From Azolla caroliniana (Eukaryota > Plantae > Polypodiophyta): a stretch of DNA of 64,000 nucleotides. A model generated the notes under the pieces. It did not search any database, had not been told where the DNA came from, and worked only from the letters and a program-made list of their open reading frames with translations. The DNA lies in the NCBI GenBank assembly GCA_043228905.1, contig JBHGNT010000028.1:248001-312000 (forward strand), written 5' to 3'. The translations under genes and the position numbers were made by a program. The first letter of the stretch is position 1. The number at the start of each line of letters is the position of its first letter. Positions 56,001 to 64,000 of this stretch are shown here, one piece after another.

Positions 56001-59000
56001 AGTTTCAAAATCTTGATTTTTTAATTCCATATCATAGCTCGCGTTGTTAGCTTCGATTCGCATGTTTGAACACAAAAATCCGATATCACACGAGCCAGGT
56101 ATGAACATTTTAATTTACTCCAGGGTTCCTCTCAACTCCCTCGTCAAGGTTGCTAATTTCGTCATGTCTCTCGACCTGAGTTTCAAAATCTTGATTTTTT
56201 AATTCCATATCATAGCTCGCGTTGTTAGCTTCGATTCGCATGTTTGAACACAAAAATCCGATATCACACTCGCCAGTTATGAACATTTTAATTTACCTAG
56301 CAGCTCTTCCCAACTCACTCCTCAAGGTTGCTAATTTCGTCATGTCTCTCGACCTGAGTTTCAAAATCTTGATTTTTTCATTCCATATCATAGCTAGCGT
56401 TGTTAGCTTCGATTCGCATGTTTGAACACAAAAAACCGATATCACACTCACCAGATATGAACATTTTAATTTACCTACTAGCTCTTCCCAACTCACTCCT
56501 CATGTTGCTAATTTCGTCATGTCTCTCGACCTGAGTTTCAAAATCTTGATTTTTTAATTCCATATCATAGCTACCGTTGTTAGCTTCCATTCGCATGTTT
56601 GAACACAAAAAACCGATATCACACTCACCAGATATGAACATTTTAATTTACCTACTAGCTCTTCCCAACTCACTCCTCATGTTGCTAATTTCGTCATGTC
56701 TCTCGACCTGAGTTTGAAAATCTTGATTTTTTAATTCCATATCATAGCTAGCGTTGTAAGCTTCGATTCACATGTTTGAACACAAAAATCCGATATCACA
56801 CTCGCCAGTTATGAACATTTTAATTTACCTAGCAGCTCTTCCCAACTCACTCCTCAAATTTGCTAATTTCGTCATGTCTCTCGACGTGAGTTTCAAAATC
56901 TTGATTTTTTAATTCCATATCATAGCTAGCGTTGTTAGCTTCCATTCGCATGTTTGAACACAAAAATCCGATATCACACTCGCCAGTTATGAACATTTTA
57001 ATTTACCTACTAGCTCTTCCCAACTCCCTCCTCATGTTGCTAATTTCGTGATGTCTCTCGACCTGAGTTTCAAAATCTTGATTTTGTTAATTCCATATCA
57101 TAGCTAGCGTTGTTAGCTTCGATTCACATGTTTGAACACAAAAATCCGATATCACACTCGCCAGATATGAACATTTTAATTTACCTACTAGCTCTTCCCA
57201 ACTACCTGCTCATGTTGCTAATTTCGTCATGTCTCTCGACCTGAGTTTCAAAATCTTGATTTTTTAATTCCATATCATAGCTAGCGTTGTTAGCTTCGAT
57301 TCGCATGTTTGAACACAAAAATCCGATATCACACTCGCCAGATATGAACATTTTAATTTACCTACTAGCTCTTCCCAACTCACTCCTCATGTTGCTAATT
57401 TCGTCATGTCTCTGGACCTGAGTTTCAAAATCTTGATTTTTTAATTCCATATCATAGCTAGCGTTGTAAGCTTCGATTCACATGTTTGAACACAAAAATC
57501 CGATATGACACTCGCCAGTTATGAACATTTTAATTTACCTAGTAGCTCTTCCCAACTCCCTCCTCATGTTGCTAATTTCGTCATGTCTCTCGACCTGAGT
57601 TTCAAAATCTTTATTTTTTAATTCCATATCATAGCTAGCGTTGTAAGCTTCGATTCACATGTTTGAACACAAAAATCCGATATCACACTCGCCAGTTATG
57701 AACATTTTAATTTACCTACTAGCTCTTCCCAACTCCCTCCTCATGTTGCTAATTTCGTCATGTCTCTCGACCTGAGTTTCAAAATCTTGATTTTGTTAAT
57801 TCCATATCATAGCTAGCGTTGTTAGCTTCGATTGGCATGTTTGAACACAAAAATCCGATATCACACGTGCCAGGTATGATCATTTTAATTTACTCAAGGG
57901 CTCTTCTCAACTCCCTCGTCAAGGTTGCTAAATTCGTCATGTCTCTCGACTTGAGTTTCAAAATCTTGATTTTTTCATTCCATATCATAGCTAGCGTTGT
58001 TAGCTTCGATTCGCATGTTTGAACACAAAAAACCGATATCACACTCACCAGATATGAACATTTTAATTTACCTAGCAGCTCTTCCCAACTCACTCCTCAA
58101 ATTTGGGAATTTCGTCATATCTCTCGACCTGAGTTTCAAAATCTTGATTTTTTAATTCCATATCATAGCTAGCGTTGTTAGCTTCGATTCGCATGTTTGA
58201 ACACAAAAATCCGATATCACACTCGCCAGATATGAACATTTTAATTTACCTAGCAGCTCTTCCCAACTCACTCCTCAAATTTGCTAATTTCGTCATGTCT
58301 CTCGACCTGCGTTTCAAAATCTTCATTTTTTAATTCCATATCATAGCTACCGTTGTGAGCTTCCATTCGCATGTTTGAACACAAAAAACCGATATCACAC
58401 TCACCAGATATGAACATTTTAATTTACCTACTAGCTGTTCCCAACTCCCTCCTCATGTTGCTAATTTCGTGATGTCTCTCGACCTGAGTTTCAAAATCTT
58501 GATTTTGTTAATTCCATATCATAGCTAGCGTTGTTAGCTTCAATTCACATGTTTGAACACAAAAATCCGATATCACACTCGCCAGATATGAACATTTTAA
58601 TTTACCTACTAGCTCTTCCCAACTACCTGCTCATGTTGCTAATTTCGTCATGTCTCTCGACCTGAGTTTCAAAATCTTGATTTTTTAATTCCATATCGTA
58701 GCTACCGTTGTTAGCTTCAATTCGCATGTTTGAACACAAAAAACCGATATCACACTCGCCAGATATGAACATTTTAATTTACCTACTAGCTCTTCCCAAC
58801 TCCCTCCTCATGTTGCTAATTTCGTGATGTCTCTCGACCTGAGTTTCAAAATCTTGATTTTGTTAATTCCATATCATAGCTAGCGTTGTTAGCTTCGATT
58901 GGCATGTTTGAACACAAACATCCGATATCACACGAGCCAGGTATGATCATTTTAATTTACTCAAGGGCTCTTCTCAACTCCCTCGTCAAGGTTGCTAATT

Positions 59001-62000
59001 TCGTCATGTCTCTCGACCTGAGTTTCAAAATCTTGATTTTTTCATTCCATATCATAGCTAGCGTTGTTAGCTTCGATTCGCATGTTTGAACACAAAAAAC
59101 CGATATCACACTCACCAGATATGAACATTTTAATTTACCTACTAGCTCTTCCCAACTCACTCCTCATGTTGCTAATTTCGTCATGTCTCTCGACCTGAGT
59201 TTCAAAATCTTGTTTTTTTAATTCCATATCATAGCTAGCGTTGTAAGCTTCGATTCACATGTTTGAACACAAAAATCCGATATCACACGAGCCAGGTATG
59301 AACATTTTAATTTACCTACTAGCTCTTCCCAACTCACTCCTCAAATTTGCTAATTTTGTCATGTCTCTCGACCTGAGTTTCAAAATCTTGATTTTTTAAT
59401 TCCATATCATAGCTAGCGTTGTTAGCTTCGATTCGCATGTTTGAACACAAAAATCCGATATCACACGAGCCAGGTATGAACATTTTAATTTACTCCAGGG
59501 TTCCTCTCAACTCCCTCGTCAAGGTTGCTAATTTCGTCATGTCTCTCGACCTGAGTTTCAAAATCTTGATTTTTTAATTCCATATCATAGATAATGTTGT
59601 TAGCTTCGATTCGCATGTTTGAACACAAAAATCCGAATATCCCACTCGCCAGATATGAACATTTTAATTTACCTACTAGCTCTTCCCAACTCACTCCTCA
59701 AATTTGGGAATTTCGTCATGTCTCTCGACCTGAGTTTCAAAATCTTGATTTTTTAATTCCATATCATAGCTAGCGTTGTTAGCTTCGATTCGCATGTTTG
59801 AACACAAAAATCCGATATCCCACTCGCCAGATATGAACATTTTAATTTACCTACTAGCTCTTCCCAACTCACTCCTCAAATTTGGGAATTTCGTCATGTC
59901 TCTCGACCTGAGTTTCAAAATCTTGATTTTTTAATTCCATATCATAGCTAACGTTGTTAGCTTCGATTCACATGATTGAACACAAAAATCCGATATCACA
60001 CTCGCCAGTTATGAACATTTTAATTTACCTACTAGCTCTTCCCAACTCCCTCCTCATGTTGCTAATTTTGTCATGTCTCTCAACCTGAGTTTCAAAATCT
60101 TAATTTTTTAATTCCATATCGTAGCTAGCGTTGTTAGCTTCGATTCACATGTTTGAACACAAAAATCCGATATCACACGAGCCAGGTATGAACATTTTAA
60201 TTTACTCAAGGGCTCCTCTCAACTCCCTGCTCATGTTTGCTAATTTCGTCATGTCTCTCGACGTGAGTTTCAAAATCTTGATTTTTTAATTCCATATCAT
60301 AGCTAGCGTTATTAGCTTCGATTCGCATGTTTGAACACAAAAAACCGATATCACACTCACCAGATATGAACATTTTAATTTACCTAGCAGCTCTTCCCAA
60401 CTCACTCCTCAAATTTGGGAATTTCGTCATATCTCTCGACCTGAGTTTCAAAATCTTGATTTTTTAATTCCATATCATAGCTAGCGTTGTTAGCTTCGAT
60501 TCGCATGTTTGAACACAAAAATCCGATATCACACTCGCCAGATATGAACATTTTAATTTACCTAGCAGCTCTTCCCAACTCACTCCTCAAATTTGCTAAT
60601 TTCGTCATGTCTCTCGACCTGCGTTTCAAAATCTTCATTTTTTAATTCCATATCATAGCTACCGTTGTGAGCTTCCATTCGCATGTTTGAACACAAAAAA
60701 CCGATATCACACTCACCAGATATGAACATTTTAATTTACCTACTAGCTCTTCCCAACTCCCTCCTCATGTTGCTAATTTCGTGATGTCTCTCGACCTGAG
60801 TTTCAAAATCTTGATTTTGTTAATTCCATATCATAGCTAGCGTTGTTAGCTTCAATTCACATGTTTGAACACAAAAATCCGATATCACACTCGCCAGATA
60901 TGAACATTTTAATTTACCTACTAGCTCTTCCCAACTACCTGCTCATGTTGCTAATTTCGTCATGTCTCTCGACCTGAGTTTCAAAATCTTGATTTTTTAA
61001 TTCCATATCGTAGCTACCGTTGTTAGCTTCAATTCGCATGTTTGAACACAAAAAACCGATATCACACTCGCCAGATATGAACATTTTAATTTACCTACTA
61101 GCTCTTCCCAACTCCCTCCTCATGTTGCTAATTTCGTGATGTCTCTCGACCTGAGTTTCAAAATCTTGATTTTGTTAATTCCATATCATAGCTAGCGTTG
61201 TTAGCTTCGATTGGCATGTTTGAACACAAACATCCGATATCACACGAGCCAGGTATGATCATTTTAATTTACTCAAGGGCTCTTCTCAACTCCCTCGTCA
61301 AGGTTGCTAATTTCGTCATGTCTCTCGACCTGAGTTTCAAAATCTTGATTTTTTCATTCCATATCATAGCTAGCGTTGTTAGCTTCGATTCGCATGTTTG
61401 AACACAAAAAACCGATATCACACTCACCAGATATGAACATTTTAATTTACCTACTAGCTCTTCCCAACTCACTCCTCATGTTGCTAATTTCGTCATGTCT
61501 CTCGACCTGAGTTTCAAAATCTTGTTTTTTTAATTCCATATCATAGCTAGCGTTGTAAGCTTCGATTCACATGTTTGAACACAAAAATCCGATATCACAC
61601 GAGCCAGGTATGAACATTTTAATTTACCTACTAGCTCTTCCCAACTCACTCCTCAAATTTGCTAATTTTGTCATGTCTCTCGACCTGAGTTTCAAAATCT
61701 TGATTTTTTAATTCCATATCATAGCTAGCGTTGTTAGCTTCGATTCGCATGTTTGAACACAAAAAACCGATATCACACTCACCAGATATGAACATTTTAA
61801 TTTACCTACTAGCTCTTCCCAACTCACTCCTCATGTTGCTAATTTCGTCATGTCTCTCGACCTGAGTTTCAAAATCTTGATTTTTTAATTCCATATCATA
61901 GATAATGTTGTTAGCTTCGATTCGCATGTTTGAACACAAAAATCCGAATATCCCACTCGCCAGATATGAACATTTTAATTTACCTACTAGCTCTTCCCAA

Positions 62001-63065
62001 CTCACTCCTCAAATTTGGGAATTTCGTCATGTCTCTCGACCTGAGTTTCAAAATCTTGATTTTTTAATTCCATATCATAGCTAGCGTTGTTAGCTTCGAT
62101 TCGCATGTTTGAACACAAAAATCCGATATCCCACTCGCCAGATATGAACATTTTAATTTACCTACTAGCTCTTCCCAACTCACTCCTCAAATTTGGGAAT
62201 TTCGTCATGTCTCTCGACCTGAGTTTCAAAATCTTGATTTTTTAATTCCATATCATAGCTAACGTTGTTAGCTTCGATTCACATGATTGAACACAAAAAT
62301 CCGATATCACACTCGCCAGTTATGAACATTTTAATTTACCTACTAGCTCTTCCCAACTCCCTCCTCATGTTGCTAATTTTGTCATGTCTCTCAACCTGAG
62401 TTTCAAAATCTTAATTTTTTAATTCCATATCGTAGCTAGCGTTGTTAGCTTCGATTCACATGTTTGAACACAAAAATCCGATATCACACGAGCCAGGTAT
62501 GAACATTTTAATTTACTCAAGGGCTCCTCTCAACTCCCTGCTCATGTTTGCTAATTTCGTCATGTCTCTCGACGTGAGTTTCAAAATCTTGATTTTTTAA
62601 TTCCATATCATAGCTAGCGTTATTAGCTTCGATTCGCATGTTTGAACAGAAAAATCCGATATCACACTCGCCAGATATGAACATTTTAATTTACCTAGCA
62701 GCTCTTCCCAACTCACTCCTCAAATTTGCTAATTTCGTCATGTCTCTCGACGTGAGTTTCAAAATCTTGATTTTTTAATTCCATATCATAGCTAGCGTTG
62801 TTAGCTTCCATTCGCATGTTTGAACACAAAAATCCGATATCACACTCGCCAGTTATGAACATTTTAATTTACCTAGTAGCTCTTCCCAACTCCCTCCTCA
62901 TGTTGCTAATTTCGTCATGTCTCTCGACCTCGGTTTCAAAATCTTGATTTTTTAATTCCATATCATAGCTAGCGTAGCTTCGATTCACATGTTTGAACAC
63001 AAAAATCCGATATCACACTCGCCAGTTATGAACATTTTAATTTACCTACTAGCTCTTCCCAACTC
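53061..63065. repeat. More heterogeneous satellite domain with many domain-specific variants
   Basis: Variants confined to this interval include GTTGTAAGC, GATTTTGTTAA, CACTCACCAG, GCTTCCATTC, AACTACCTGCTC, GATTGGCATG and a 4-bp deletion AGCG^TAGC (55870, 62974). Confidence 0.8.
58030..62650. repeat. Tandem duplication of a 13-monomer (about 2312-bp) unit
   Basis: TTCGTCATAT at 58119/60431 and the ORF pair 58886/61198 are offset by 2312. GCGTTATTAGC at 60311/62622 is offset by 2311. Confidence 0.85.
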
Positions 63066-64000
63066 ACTCCTCAAATTTGGGAATTTCGTCATGTCTCTCG
63101 ACCTGAGTTTCAAAATCTTGATTTTTTAATTCCATATCGTAGCTAGCGTTGTTAGCTTCGATTCGCATGTTTGAACACAAAAATCCGATATCACACTCGC
63201 CAGTTATGAACATTTTAATTTACCTAGTAGCTCTTCCCAACTCCCTCCTAATGTTGCTAATTTCGTCATGTCTCTCGACCTGAGTTTCAAAATCTTGATT
63301 TTTTAATTGAATGTCATAGCTAGCGTTGTTAGCTTCGATTCGCATGTTTGAACACAAAAATCCGATATCACACTCGCCAGATATGAACATTTTAATTTAC
63401 CTACTTGCTCTTCCCAACTCACTCCTCAAATTTGGGAATTTCGTCATGTCTCTCGACCTGAGTTTCAAAATCTTGATTTTTTAATTCGAGATCATAGCTA
63501 GCATTGTTAGCTTCGATTCGCATGTTTGAACACAAAAATCCGATATCACACTCGCCAGATATGAACATTTTAATTTACCTACTAGCTCTTCCCAACTCCC
63601 TCGTCAAGGTTGCTAATTTCGTCATGTCTCTCGACCTGAGTTTCAAAATCTTGATTTTTTAATTCCATATCATAGCTAGCGTTGTTAGCTTCGATTCGCA
63701 TGTTTGAACACAAAAATCCGATATCACACGAGCCAGGTATGAACATTTTAATTTACTCCAGGGTTCCTCTCAACTCCCTCGTCAAGGTTGCTAATTTCGT
63801 CATGTCTCTCGACCTGAGTTTCAAAATCTTGATTTTTTAATTCCATATCATAGCTAGCGTTGTTAGCTTCGATTCGCATGTTTGAACACAAAAATCCGAT
63901 ATCACACTCGCCAGATATGAACATTTTAATTTACCTAGCAGCTCTTCCCAACTCACTCCTCAAATTTGCTAATTTCGTCATGTCTCTCGACCTGAGTTTC

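Larger units (their letters stand above)
1..64000. repeat. Tandem satellite DNA array, 177-178 bp monomer, about 360 head-to-tail copies in one orientation; putative centromeric/pericentromeric satellite of an unidentified eukaryote
   Basis: The anchor G(CT/GG)AATTTCGTCATGTCTCTCGAC recurs at 7, 184, 362, 539 (spacings 177, 178, 177) and continues to the end of the window. The core GTTGTTAGCTTCGATTCGCATGTTTGAACACAAAAATCCGATATC is nearly invariant. The centromeric assignment is an inference from monomer length and HOR structure only. Confidence 0.98.

Noticed and set aside
9037-62005. All 28 short ORFs (61-69 aa) in the supplied track
   Set aside because: Each is a translation of about 1.1 satellite monomers, opened only where an indel or SNP removes a stop codon. 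Many start at non-ATG codons and none has a recognisable domain. They are useful only as markers of variant monomers.
1-64000. CRISPR-like reading (conserved block plus variable block)
   Set aside because: The variable segments are homologous alleles drawn from a few classes, not unique spacers. The unit is far longer than a repeat-spacer unit and there are no cas genes.

Overview
The whole 64-kb window is one uninterrupted, single-orientation tandem satellite array of about 360 monomers of 177-178 bp (about 36% GC by hand count of monomer 1). Its length and higher-order-repeat (HOR) organisation are typical of a eukaryotic centromeric or pericentromeric satellite, but I do not recognise the family or organism. 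I see no genes, RNA genes, transposons, CRISPR arrays or inversions, and every listed ORF is a chance read-through of satellite monomers. I found no new gene system. The interesting content is the array's internal history: (i) an 85-bp patchwork monomer that appears built by serial microhomology jumps and was then amplified 8 times in a ~2.2-2.4 kb HOR; (ii) a ~1.75-kb island of a different subfamily (7-mer HOR) joined through a 14-bp deletion; (iii) reciprocal variants that each perfect the same quasi-palindrome; (iv) HOR lengths that change in 355-bp dimer steps; (v) a short gene-conversion-like tract; and (vi) haplotype blocks shared across more than 40 kb. Coordinates and offsets were counted by hand and should be confirmed by alignment.
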